This document shows, in pieces, positions 1-8,711 of a stretch of 64,000 nucleotides of DNA (position 1 is the first letter of the stretch; each line of letters opens with the position of its first letter). The notes under the pieces were generated by a model. The model ran no database searches, was not told where the DNA came from, and saw nothing but the letters and a program-made list of their open reading frames with translations. The DNA comes from Candidatus Kaiserbacteria bacterium. GTDB taxonomy: Bacteria > Patescibacteriota > Minisyncoccia > Phycocordibacterales > Phycocordibacteraceae. The stretch lies in contig CAWEXP010000010.1 in NCBI GenBank assembly GCA_963813065.1, positions 7,276 to 71,275 of the forward strand, in the 5' to 3' direction. The position numbers and the translations under genes are program-made.

Positions 1-18
1 TTATATCAAAAGGTAGCT

Positions 19-321
19 ATGCTTGAGCAGAGTTCTCCATCTGTAAAACAACAGGAAGTGGCGGCAATAGTTGCAAAGGTTGGTAAGCTCATTGTGCTTC
101 CCGAGGGTGAGACGCCAACGGTCGCAACTGTTACGGATCCGGAAAAGCTCAAGGACCAAGCATTCTTCGCGAATGCGAAATCTGGCGACAAGGTGCTGAT
201 ATATGCGAACGCGAAAAAAGCATTTCTCTATGATCCGGTGAACGACAAACTTATTGATGTCGCTCCGCTCAATATTGGCACAGGGACTTCCACGACGACC
301 ACGAAGTCGGGCACCCTTTAG
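19..321 (+). CDS. hypothetical protein
   Basis: ATG-initiated 100 aa ORF with a Thr-rich C-terminus. No family recognised. Confidence 0.35.
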   Translation: MLEQSSPSVKQQEVAAIVAKVGKLIVLPEGETPTVATVTDPEKLKDQAFFANAKSGDKVLIYANAKKAFLYDPVNDKLIDVAPLNIGTGTSTTTTKSGTL

Positions 322-896
322 CCTGCGGTAGTGGTTCGCAAAAAAGGTTATTGTGCAACCCCGATCCATCAAATCAGACAGATCCAATCTGTCCCTCCGT
401 CTGTCCATTTTGTCCAATTTGTACCCGATCCATTTTCCTGAATTATTGGCATTTATTGGCATTTTAATTCCCGCAAATGAGACACGTCACATACCCTGCT
501 GTACGTCTCATTCGTCTCATGTTGAGCAAATAAGCCACGCTGTGGAGGGCACGTGAGACACATGTCTCATGAATTGGACGCCCTCCTCTCTCCAGGACCG
601 AACAGAAAGCGAACACTCAAAATATGCTCTTTCGTGTTCGGTTTGTTCGCTTTTTGGTGCGGTACCGTAGGACTCCCTCCCGGGTGCGCGTTTAGGGCGC
701 TGAAGCTCTGAAATACCCCTAACTGCTTGTTGGAATCGCTAAAATGGGACACATCTACACTATGCGTAAAAGTGTCCCAAGTGTCCAATTCCGATCCTGA
801 CCGTGGGGCCTCATGTGGTACGTTGTATAGGTCGCCAAAGCACCTTGCAATTGCCTCACCTGGTGTTTTGCGGTACCGTGCGGGGGCACTCATAAT

Positions 897-1430
897 ATGC
901 TCTACACCGGCAAAGGGGATGGTGGCACGACCAAAGTGTTTGGCTGTGATCAGCAGAGAATCTCGAAATCATCGGAACTGCCGGAAGCGCTTGGCGCGCT
1001 CGACGAACTGAATGCGTTCGTGGGGTTTGTCAGAATGCGCGCACAGAACGACGCGCGGATTTCATTTGTCCTGCGCGCTGTCCAGGAACAACTATTCATC
1101 GTCCAGGCAGAAGTCGCCGGAGCAGAGAAGCGCGTGAAGCCCGAGGAAGTTGACGCGACTGAACAAATTGTGAATGCGATCGAAAAAGAAATCCCGAAGG
1201 TGACCGGATTCTGCGTCGCAGGCGGGACCGAACTCTCCGCGCTCCTCGATGTCGCGCGCACCCTCTCGCGCCGCGCCGAGCGGCGCGTGGTGGCGGTATT
1301 CGAGGCAGGCCTTCGCGACGTCTCGCCGCCGACGCGCGCCTATCTCAATCGTCTCTCCTCACTCCTCTTCGCGCTCGCGCGCCTCGCGAACCATCAGGCA
1401 GGCGTCGCAGAAGAGAATCCAAAATACTGA
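897..1430 (+). CDS. PduO-type ATP:cob(I)alamin adenosyltransferase
   Basis: N-terminal MLYTGKGDGGTT signature and ~177 aa length are typical of PduO/MMAB-type corrinoid adenosyltransferases. Confidence 0.8.
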   Translation: MLYTGKGDGGTTKVFGCDQQRISKSSELPEALGALDELNAFVGFVRMRAQNDARISFVLRAVQEQLFIVQAEVAGAEKRVKPEEVDATEQIVNAIEKEIPKVTGFCVAGGTELSALLDVARTLSRRAERRVVAVFEAGLRDVSPPTRAYLNRLSSLLFALARLANHQAGVAEENPKY

Positions 1431-1489
1431 ATCTGTGCTATAAAAAGCGCACCCGCCCCCGCTCTTCGAGCTTCGGCGAGGCGAAGTAT

Positions 1490-1563
1490 GGCGGCTATAG
1501 TTTAGTGGTAAAACTCAGGTTTGTGGTACCTGCGTCGAGAGTTCGATTCTCTCTAGCCGCCCC
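1490..1563 (+). tRNA. tRNA-His (anticodon GTG)
   Basis: Cloverleaf with D-arm AGTGGTA, T-arm GAGAGTTCGATTCTCTC and anticodon loop TTGTGGT. An extra 5' G(-1) opposite discriminator C73 is the tRNA-His hallmark. Confidence 0.7.
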
Positions 1564-1661
1564 GCGAAGGGAAGTATTGACTTTTTGAATACTAACTGCT
1601 ACATATATAGGCAGTATTAATCGCGTACCTTGTAAGGTGCGTTTGTAGAGAGGAGTCGGTC

Positions 1662-2235
1662 ATGAACTATCATGATTTCATTTGGCCAATAACTGTGCTT
1701 CTCGGCGTCATTTTTGTGGTAATTGGGGTGTCGCGGCTCTATGGTCGCTACGAACTGAAGTACCGCATTGTCCCCGGAAAATTCCGAGAAATGGCGAGAG
1801 CTCGGGCGCGCCAAGATGGCGAAAGAAACAGAGCTCGTCATCAAGAAGTTCACTGATCGCCTCACCGCGCTCGACAAATCGACGCTTACGCCTGAAGTGA
1901 AGCTTGAGGCGATGAAAATCTTTCGGGACGAAGTTAGAGCAAGTGCGCCTGATTGGCGAGTGTTCGGACTCGGTGGTTCGAAGGAAGATGGTCTTGCTCA
2001 GCGCGGTGCGCGGACGATTAACGAGGCCGAAGTGTTAATCGGTGAACTCCAGAAGACCTCCATGTGGACACAGCTCCAACCTCTGCTCCAGCAGTTAGCG
2101 CAAAAGTTCGCTGGGCAAACGGGCGGAACTCCCACTTCTACAACGTCACCTACCACGGCCGTCGCGCCGGCACTACCAGCTCCGGTGAAAGCGCCGCCGT
2201 CAATCGGCGCCGCAGTGGGCAAGCCAGGAAAATAA
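1662..2235 (+). CDS. membrane-anchored hypothetical protein (apparent +1 frameshift near 1790)
   Basis: RBS AGAGGAG precedes the ATG at 1662. An N-terminal TM helix (frame of 1662) continues as a long ORF in the 1768 frame. The C-terminus is low-complexity P/T/A-rich. Confidence 0.45.
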
Positions 2236-2242
2236 ATCATTC

Positions 2243-2271
2243 GCCGCGGATTGTTCCGCGGCGATTTTTTT
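2243..2271 (+). terminator. rho-independent terminator
   Basis: GCCGCGGA-TTGT-TCCGCGGC hairpin followed by a T7 run. Confidence 0.6.
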
Positions 2272-2333
2272 GCAAATGTTCGTATTCTATGGTTATATAC
2301 ATACGGAATAGAACTACGGAAAGAGAGTAACCC

Positions 2334-2912
2334 ATGACAACCAACAAGCCCGTCCGTTTCTTTGTTGGGCACTACATGAGCGAGCCGCGCGTGCTCGAGT
2401 ACTACCGCTCTGTTACGGCCAGACTTGAGCGAGAGTGCGGCGTTCCTTCGCTCGCGAAGACGCACCCGTTGCACAACACACTCATGGGGCCGCCGAACGA
2501 TACGACCCAGACTGACTTCGACACGGCGTGTGAAATCCTCGAAGAGCTTGCCAAAAAAATGCCATCCTATCTTATCGATATCGACGGCATCGGATACTTC
2601 GACATGCCTCTCGAGAGTCAGACGGCATATCTCAATGTGCTGTCTCCCTTGCCAAAGATCGTCAAATTGGCAGAGCATGTGGGCGGACTGTTCTCGCGAG
2701 CAATGCCTGGACGCATCGTCATGCGCAGTCCGTATCGACCGCATCTCAGCATCGCACGCTATCTATCTCCAGAGCAGATGCGGCGTGTTGTGCCGGTGCT
2801 CTCGGCGCAGGGCAGGGTGGTCTTCAGGGATATTAAGATCACCCATATCCACCTCTTTCGCAAACACGGCGCACGGTACGAGGTTGATCGCAGTTTCCGT
2901 TTACGTGGATAA
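2334..2912 (+). CDS. 2H phosphoesterase family protein (RNA 2',3'-cyclic phosphodiesterase / LigT-ThpR-like)
   Basis: Two HxT/S motifs (H-N-T-L around residue 47 and H-L-S-I around residue 147) with the spacing typical of the 2H superfamily. ~190 aa. Confidence 0.6.
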   Translation: MTTNKPVRFFVGHYMSEPRVLEYYRSVTARLERECGVPSLAKTHPLHNTLMGPPNDTTQTDFDTACEILEELAKKMPSYLIDIDGIGYFDMPLESQTAYLNVLSPLPKIVKLAEHVGGLFSRAMPGRIVMRSPYRPHLSIARYLSPEQMRRVVPVLSAQGRVVFRDIKITHIHLFRKHGARYEVDRSFRLRG

Positions 2913-2919
2913 ATAGTAC

Positions 2920-2944
2920 GAGCGGCTCCGGCCGCTCGTTTTTT
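2920..2944 (+). terminator. rho-independent terminator
   Basis: GAGCGGC-TCCG-GCCGCTC hairpin followed by TTTTTT. Confidence 0.6.
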
Positions 2945-2981
2945 ATGGTGAGCTGGTCGAACCATTTGGTATACTTCCACA

Positions 2982-3623
2982 ATGAAAACACTCTGGCTTG
3001 GTATCCTGGTCATCGTCCTCCTCGGCGTCGGCGGACTCGTGTACCGCAATGCGATCGAACATCCGAACCAGCCCATCGCGTGTCCGCTCGATGCGAAAGT
3101 GTGCCCCGATGGCACGGCCGTCGCGCGGGTCGGGAGCACTTGTGATTTCCCCGCGTGCGCGCCACCGAATGTTTCGCTTGAGGCGCTCGGCATCTCCTTC
3201 GCACTCCCGAACGGTTTCGTCGCATCAAGCGCGCCCGACTCGACGACCGTTGCTGAATACGATTTTGGCAACTCTTCTTCAACGCAGGCAGAAGAATTAA
3301 CCATCCGCGAATACTCACTCGCCTCATCAACACCGCTCGAAGTGGTGCAGAGCACGGCGCTCGGGATTGCCTCGGGCGCGCCGCTCTCTGCGACGGCATT
3401 CACTTCGACCAGTATTGGCACCCATCGCTTCACGGTCGCGCAGATTGGCCGCTTTGAAGGCGTCGTGGATACTGCGTACTATCTCGCGCGCGGTACCGAT
3501 GTTATTCGATTCGACGCCATAGACCGGGGTGTTGTAAACTGGACAGACCCCGCGCTCACCACCAGCACATTGCCGGCACAGCAAGCACTTCGGCAGATGC
3601 TCGGGACCTTACAAGGCAATTAA
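2982..3623 (+). CDS. secreted/membrane-anchored hypothetical protein
   Basis: N-terminal hydrophobic signal/anchor (LWLGILVIVLLGVGGLV), Cys-rich segment, Ser/Thr-rich body. Confidence 0.5.
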   Translation: MKTLWLGILVIVLLGVGGLVYRNAIEHPNQPIACPLDAKVCPDGTAVARVGSTCDFPACAPPNVSLEALGISFALPNGFVASSAPDSTTVAEYDFGNSSSTQAEELTIREYSLASSTPLEVVQSTALGIASGAPLSATAFTSTSIGTHRFTVAQIGRFEGVVDTAYYLARGTDVIRFDAIDRGVVNWTDPALTTSTLPAQQALRQMLGTLQGN

Positions 3624-3632
3624 TTATTTTCT

Positions 3633-4439
3633 ATGAAAAACGACTTCATCTCTGATGTGCTCGAGAGCGGGGGCGTCCGCGTCGCCCTCATCGGCGTGCT
3701 CGCTATCCTCGCGCTCTTCCTCCTCGCCGAGACCGCCGTCACCGCGGAGAACTTCGATCGCCCGTCGAACCCAGCGACCGACACCATTACGGTAAGCGGC
3801 TCGGGGCAGGCAACGCTCGCTCCTGACATCGCAAATGTTTCCTTCTCGGTGCAGAACACGGCAGACACCGTTGCTGATGCGCAAGCGGCAACCACCAAGC
3901 AGGCGAACGCGGCGCTCGCCTTCGTCACGGCGCAGGGCATCGCGAGCAAGGATGTGAAAACTACATCATACTCAATCAATCCGCAGTATTCCTACCCGAC
4001 ACCGTGCACCGGCAATATGATGTGCCCCGCGTACACGGGCGCACCCAAGATTACGGGTTACCAGGTTTCTGAGACCGTCGAAGTAACGGTGCGCGATCTC
4101 TCCAAGGTCGGCGCCTTCCTCTCGGGCCTCGGCACCCTCGGTGTGCAGAATGTCTCTGGTCCCAACTTCACACTCGAGAATACCAATACCGGCCCCGACA
4201 CTGCACGCGCCGCCGCTATCGCAAATGCCAAGCAGGAAGCAGAATTGCTCGCGACTCAGCTCGGCGTGCATCTCGGCAAGATCGTGAACTTCAGCGAGTC
4301 CGCTGGCGGCTATCCGCCCATCATGTACGCGACCAGCGCGAAGCTCGATTCGAGCATGGGTGCCGCTCCCGTCCCACAGGTTCCTGCCGGCGAGAACACC
4401 TACAACTCATCGGTTTCTGTCACCTACGAGATTCGTTAA
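3633..4439 (+). CDS. SIMPL-domain protein (DUF541 / BP26-like periplasmic immunogenic protein family)
   Basis: N-terminal TM anchor followed by a ~220 aa domain resembling the SIMPL/26 kDa periplasmic immunogenic protein fold. Confidence 0.55.
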   Translation: MKNDFISDVLESGGVRVALIGVLAILALFLLAETAVTAENFDRPSNPATDTITVSGSGQATLAPDIANVSFSVQNTADTVADAQAATTKQANAALAFVTAQGIASKDVKTTSYSINPQYSYPTPCTGNMMCPAYTGAPKITGYQVSETVEVTVRDLSKVGAFLSGLGTLGVQNVSGPNFTLENTNTGPDTARAAAIANAKQEAELLATQLGVHLGKIVNFSESAGGYPPIMYATSAKLDSSMGAAPVPQVPAGENTYNSSVSVTYEIR

Positions 4440-4470
4440 AAAGCAAGCAAATACGCCACGAACGCGCCTA

Positions 4471-4498
4471 TTGACAAATAGGCGCGTTCGTGTATACT
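4471..4498 (+). promoter_or_regulatory. sigma70-type promoter (TTGACA-N16-TATACT) embedded in a terminator-like hairpin
   Basis: Perfect -35 TTGACA (4471-4476), 16 nt spacer, TATACT (4493-4498). The spacer carries CGTTCGTG immediately 5' of the -10. The flanking inverted repeat ACGAACGCGCCTA / TAGGCGCGTTCGT spans 4457-4492. Confidence 0.55.
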
Positions 4499-4564
4499 AG
4501 TCGGTGGATCAATGGTCCAGAGGTTCGGCATGCTGCCGCTACCTCTTTCCTAGTGGAGACGAAA

Positions 4565-5476
4565 ATGAAGACGAACTGCTTCTACGCCAATGCTCAGGGA
4601 ATGAGCGCAGGCATCCCCCTCTCGTGCGACGGGAAGGGCTACTACATCGATCTTGGTCGCGGACGGCGTTTGCCGGTCTACAGTGCGGCCAGTGTGGTCG
4701 ATGGGGTGATGACCTCTGCGTCGTTCTGGGATTCGGACAAGTTGCACACGTTCGGCATGCGTAAGAACGATGACGCGTCGTTCTACGTGCTGATCGATAC
4801 CAGCTTCGGCGAAGACAAGACGGGTCTGCAGGGGGTCTCTTCCGCCAGCGGCGTCGAACTCGATCGTGGCCGTATCGGCACTGGATCGCTGTTCGTCTAC
4901 CAGCTCAAGGCTGGTGACGACATGGCGTACTGCGTCGCTGGCAACCGCTTGCTCGGCTTCACGGCGACCGAAGAGGGCTTCGAACCCTTCACGGTCGACA
5001 ACGAAGCCGAAGTCATCGGGTCGCTCACGGTGAGCGAGGGCATGCGCCTCATCTCCCTGGAAGGGGAAAAGGCACGTCCGGCCATTCAGGCCGGCGCCCA
5101 CATGCTCATAGATGCTTTCAAAAATGGCGCCGATGCCGGGGAGCAAGTCCTCGACGCGCTGATGTCGGCCCGCGCGAAGCAGCTTCTCGATCATGGAGCA
5201 CTCAACCGCTACACGAACGAGATTGCTCCGCGGCTCATCTCTCTCGTGGAGGGATATGGCTGGCCGATGAAACGTAATGGCGCGCAGGTGTTCTTGGTCC
5301 GCAATGGACACTCGTTCACCTTGTACGATGTTGCCAATCAGCAGAAGCCATCTCGTCAGCAAATCGAAGCGCGGCGTGCAGCCCATCGGGAGGAACGTCT
5401 CGCGGATCGCCCGAAAGGCATCTCGGGCGGTACGGCCGACAAGGGCGGCAAGAAGCAGAAAGGCAAAAAACACTAG
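4565..5476 (+). CDS. hypothetical protein with Lys-rich C-terminal tail
   Basis: ATG at 4565 is preceded by GGAGACGAAA and lies downstream of the 4471 promoter. 303 aa with no recognisable domain. Confidence 0.55.
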   Translation: MKTNCFYANAQGMSAGIPLSCDGKGYYIDLGRGRRLPVYSAASVVDGVMTSASFWDSDKLHTFGMRKNDDASFYVLIDTSFGEDKTGLQGVSSASGVELDRGRIGTGSLFVYQLKAGDDMAYCVAGNRLLGFTATEEGFEPFTVDNEAEVIGSLTVSEGMRLISLEGEKARPAIQAGAHMLIDAFKNGADAGEQVLDALMSARAKQLLDHGALNRYTNEIAPRLISLVEGYGWPMKRNGAQVFLVRNGHSFTLYDVANQQKPSRQQIEARRAAHREERLADRPKGISGGTADKGGKKQKGKKH

Positions 5477-5494
5477 AAATAATCGCACAACTCA

Positions 5495-5527
5495 AAGCCC
5501 CCGGATTCGTTCCGGGGGTTCTTTTTA
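5495..5527 (+). terminator. rho-independent terminator
   Basis: AAGCCCCCGGA-TTCGT-TCCGGGGGTT hairpin followed by CTTTTTA. Confidence 0.65.
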
Positions 5528-5555
5528 TCCAGCAAATACAATGCAATAAGGTCTA

Positions 5556-5583
5556 TTGACAAATAAGTACTTTCAGGTATCAT
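5556..5583 (+). promoter_or_regulatory. sigma70-type promoter (TTGACA-N16-TATCAT)
   Basis: CTATTGACAAATA -35 context, identical to the one at 4471. 16 nt spacer, TATCAT. Confidence 0.5.
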
Positions 5584-5618
5584 AGACATCAGTATATCGG
5601 TTATTTGGAGCATCCCAC

Positions 5619-6029
5619 ATGGGCGAAACAAAACGCCTCGAGGGCCGCGCGCAAGCGATTGGCGTCCTCGAGGAAACCTTTGAGGGGGAAGACGCTCATA
5701 TCCCAACGCGGGATAGAGCATTTCACCACCTTATCGAAACGTCAGTGACGCGAGAAGAATGGGCGGAGACCGTGGAGTTCTTGCGGGTCGCCCGGCGCGT
5801 CGAGTTCGAAGATGCGAAAGGGAACACGACGAGTGACTTGCGTCCCGGCGTTCGGGATGCGTTCGTCCGTGCCTGTCGTGAGGCGGGGTACGATGATCTC
5901 ATCGTCTATGCGCTCATCGACGAGCCACGGAAGCCCAATCTGCCACCGGTCACTATCGACATGATGGTTGATCTGTTCAAGGCGGGGGAACTCTTCTCGA
6001 ATCAGAAGCCCCGTGCGTCCACCACATGA
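5619..6029 (+). CDS. hypothetical protein
   Basis: 136 aa ATG ORF with a downstream GC hairpin (6040-6070). No family recognised. Confidence 0.45.
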   Translation: MGETKRLEGRAQAIGVLEETFEGEDAHIPTRDRAFHHLIETSVTREEWAETVEFLRVARRVEFEDAKGNTTSDLRPGVRDAFVRACREAGYDDLIVYALIDEPRKPNLPPVTIDMMVDLFKAGELFSNQKPRASTT

Positions 6030-6185
6030 AAGAGCGAACCCCGCGGCAGAGCCGCGGGGATTTCTTTATCTTTACCCGACCCGTCCACAGGGCGCGGGGC
6101 GGGCCCTTGACCGTTTAATGCCCCGGTGCTATCCTCTTTTCTATTGAAGCCCGCAGGGCTTTTTTATTTGGCAACCTTACCCGCC

Positions 6186-6374
6186 ATGCATACCCTCACC
6201 ACCTATCTCCGGAATGTGCGCGAAGAGTTTCGTCATATTGTCTGGCCGAGCAATCGGACAGCGGTCGCACACACGCTCGTCGTGGTCCTCATCGCGCTCC
6301 TGGTCGCGCTCTTCGTCGGCGTGCTCGACTTCCTCTTCCGCACAGGCGTCAGCACGATTGTTGGTGGCTACTAA
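6186..6374 (+). CDS. secE: preprotein translocase subunit SecE
   Basis: 62 aa with basic N-terminus, conserved VWPS motif, then a single C-terminal TM helix. Sits immediately upstream of nusG, the classical synteny. Confidence 0.8.
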   Translation: MHTLTTYLRNVREEFRHIVWPSNRTAVAHTLVVVLIALLVALFVGVLDFLFRTGVSTIVGGY

Positions 6375-6385
6375 TATTTTCTCTA

Positions 6386-7023
6386 TGGACGAGAACCAAA
6401 ACTACAACGAGCCGATTCCCGAAGACGAGGAAGTCGGGATGGCCGATATTGCGCCGGAGATGCCCAAGCAGATTCGCGACGAGACCGCGCAAAGCGAGAG
6501 CGATGCGCGTTGGTACGCCATCCACACCTACGCGGGTTACGAGAACGCCGTCGAGCGCAACCTCAAGCAACGCATCGAATCACTCGGCATGGAGGGAAAA
6601 ATTTTCGACGTCATCGTCCCGACCGAGAAGAAGATTCGCGTGAAGGGCAACAAGCGCGTCGTCGAAGAAGAGAAAATTTATCCCGGCTACATCTTGGTGA
6701 AGATGCTGGTGGACGACGATTCTTGGTTCGTGGTGCGTAACACGCCGCGCGTGACGGGTTTCGTCGGCGCAGGCAACACGCCGGTGCCGATGGACGCGGC
6801 CGAGATGGGGACGCTGATGAAGCGTATGACCGCCGACGCGCCCAAGCACCGCATCGACCTCGTGAAGGATGACCCGGTGGTCATCGCGGACGGCCCCTTC
6901 AAGGACCTCGAGGGCAAGGTGGGCGACATCGACGAGGATCGTGGCAAGGTCAAAGTGATGGTCTCGATGTTCGGCCGCGAGACGCCGGTGGAATTGGATT
7001 TCCTCCAAATCAGAAAACTCTAG
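6386..7023 (+). CDS. nusG: transcription termination/antitermination factor NusG
   Basis: NGN domain (WYAIHTYAGYENAVERNL) and C-terminal KOW motif (PFKDLEGKVGDIDED-GKVKV). Confidence 0.9.
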
Positions 7024-7083
7024 TACATCCAATTAAGCACCAAATAACAAGCGCGAAATCTCAAACAGTGCGAAAATGCATTG

Positions 7084-7440
7084 ATGGCATCGGTCAATGG
7101 CCGTTCATTCGACCTTGAAGCGCGCACGCTTGCGTTCGCGAAGGCGGTTCGTGTTTTTGTAAAGGAGCTTCCACGCTCCACTGCGAATATCGAGGACGGG
7201 AAGCAAGTGATCCGCTCGTCAGGCTCGGTCGGCGCAAACTATATCGAGGCAAACGAAGCCCTCAGCAAAAAAGATTTCATCATGCGCGTGAAAATAGCGC
7301 GCAAGGAAGCAAAAGAAAGCCGATATTGGTTGCAGATAGTAGAAGCCGGTTCTCTTGAAAAAGAGCGCACGGCGCTTGAACGCGAGGCGACTGAGCTTAC
7401 TCTAATTTTAAGCTCCATTATCAGAAGGGCAGAAGTCTAG
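7084..7440 (+). CDS. four-helix-bundle protein (TIGR02436 / 23S rRNA intervening-sequence protein family; Avd-like)
   Basis: Strong match to the family core (LPRSTANIEDGKQVIRSSGSVGANYIEANEALSKKDFIMRVKIARKEAKESRYWL). Inserted between nusG and rplK. Confidence 0.75.
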   Translation: MASVNGRSFDLEARTLAFAKAVRVFVKELPRSTANIEDGKQVIRSSGSVGANYIEANEALSKKDFIMRVKIARKEAKESRYWLQIVEAGSLEKERTALEREATELTLILSSIIRRAEV

Positions 7441-7508
7441 CCTCCTAGTTTCTTATTTGATGCTTGGAATTTGGCATTTACCCCACCCCGTGCTAGGGTG
7501 GGGCGACT

Positions 7509-7928
7509 ATGGCAACCGTTGTTAAAAAAATCAAATTGCAGATCCCGGGAGGGAAGGCGACGCCTGCACCCCCGGTCGGCACGGTGCTTGGCCCTGCGGG
7601 CGTGAATATCGGTCAGTTCGTCTCGCAGTTCAACGAGCAGACCAAGGATAAGCCGGGCGTCATCATCCCCGTCGACCTCTCGGTCTATGACGATCGCTCC
7701 TTCACCTTCGTGCTCAAGACCTCGCCAGCTAGCCGCCTCATCCTCAAGGCCGCTGGGCTCGAGAAGGGCTCGGGCAAGACCCCGACCACCAAGGCAGGCT
7801 CCATCACCAAGGCGCAGGTTACCGAAATCGCAAAGGAGAAAATGCCGGACCTCAATGCCGGTTCAATCGAGGCCGCCGAACGCCTCATCGCAGGCACCGC
7901 GCGAAGCATGGGTGTCGACGTTAAATAA
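7509..7928 (+). CDS. rplK: 50S ribosomal protein L11
   Basis: 139 aa. The [22 protein letters not shown] region is diagnostic of L11. Confidence 0.9.
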   Translation: MATVVKKIKLQIPGGKATPAPPVGTVLGPAGVNIGQFVSQFNEQTKDKPGVIIPVDLSVYDDRSFTFVLKTSPASRLILKAAGLEKGSGKTPTTKAGSITKAQVTEIAKEKMPDLNAGSIEAAERLIAGTARSMGVDVK

Positions 7929-8642
7929 GTTTTTACAAAAAATAAAACCCCGCATGTGCGGGGTTTTATTTTTTCTTCTTAATATCCCTATCGGCCCAGA
8001 GGCGGGGAGGATCATGGTCGGGTGCCAATTCTTTTTTAACTCTGCGAGATTCTTGCCCGGATTATATTTACCCGTCGCGGAATAATCTTTGCCTAGGATG
8101 GGACCGGTTTCGAAAAATACCAACTGCGCGACGCGCCGCCCGACCACGAGCGGGATGGTGTAGTGCTGAGAATTATTCGAAATTTCCATTGTCCAGCGAT
8201 TGATATAGCCAACATCGCCCCAGCCCGCGCACTTGCAGACGGCGACGAAGACGCGGCCCAAGGAGCTCCGCGCCTTCATCATCGTGGTGACGCATTCGCG
8301 CCCGCCGATGAATTCCTGCGTGTGCGCAAGAATGGTCTCGCCGGGGTGGAGGAGAATCACCTGGTCGGTAGGGGCGATGCCGTCCCAGGCGAAGGCGAAT
8401 TCTTTGAACGCCTCCTTCGCGCTCACGGCGCGCTCGGGCTCGGTGCCCCAGACATGGTCGATATCTTTTTTACTCCAAATATTCAGAATAGGATTCTCGC
8501 CCTTCACCGGCCGCTCGTGGAAGTACCACTCGCCGAGGGTGAGGTCATAGCTCGAGGTCGAGAGATTTGCGCGCACGAAGGGATCAATCACAATCGTCCC
8601 CGCCTTCATGTGCTCGAGAATTTTCCGATCGGAGAGTGCCAT
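7863..8642 (-). CDS. dcd: dCTP deaminase / dUTPase-family protein with ~60 aa C-terminal extension
   Basis: N-terminal [22 protein letters not shown] and the beta-jellyroll core ([34 protein letters not shown]...[10 protein letters not shown]) match Dcd. The ORF runs through the complement of the rplK terminator and 3' end, and an alternative upstream start lies at 8684. Confidence 0.7.
   Translation of the reverse strand: MALSDRKILEHMKAGTIVIDPFVRANLSTSSYDLTLGEWYFHERPVKGENPILNIWSKKDIDHVWGTEPERAVSAKEAFKEFAFAWDGIAPTDQVILLHPGETILAHTQEFIGGRECVTTMMKARSSLGRVFVAVCKCAGWGDVGYINRWTMEISNNSQHYTIPLVVGRRVAQLVFFETGPILGKDYSATGKYNPGKNLAELKKNWHPTMILPASGPIGILRRKNKTPHMRGFIFCKNLFNVDTHASRGACDEAFGGLD
7944..7975 (+). 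terminator. rho-independent terminator (rplK)
   Basis: AAAACCCCGCA-TG-TGCGGGGTTTT hairpin followed by a T-run. Confidence 0.7.
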
Positions 8643-8711
8643 GAGAGTATTGTTGCACCCCCTCGACCGGTTTGCTAGGGTCAATCAGGATCTGCCACGA
8701 AAGGAAATGAC

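Noticed and set aside
4550-5488. 312 aa minus-strand ORF
   Set aside because: Antisense to the better-supported plus-strand gene 4565-5476, which has a promoter, RBS and terminator. Arg-rich artefact.
6107-6135. TTGACC-N17-TATCCT promoter upstream of secE
   Set aside because: A hairpin plus T-run starts ~10 nt after the putative start site, which would terminate the transcript immediately. More likely these are tandem terminators of the upstream gene.
8163-8678. 171 aa plus-strand ORF
   Set aside because: Antisense of dcd.
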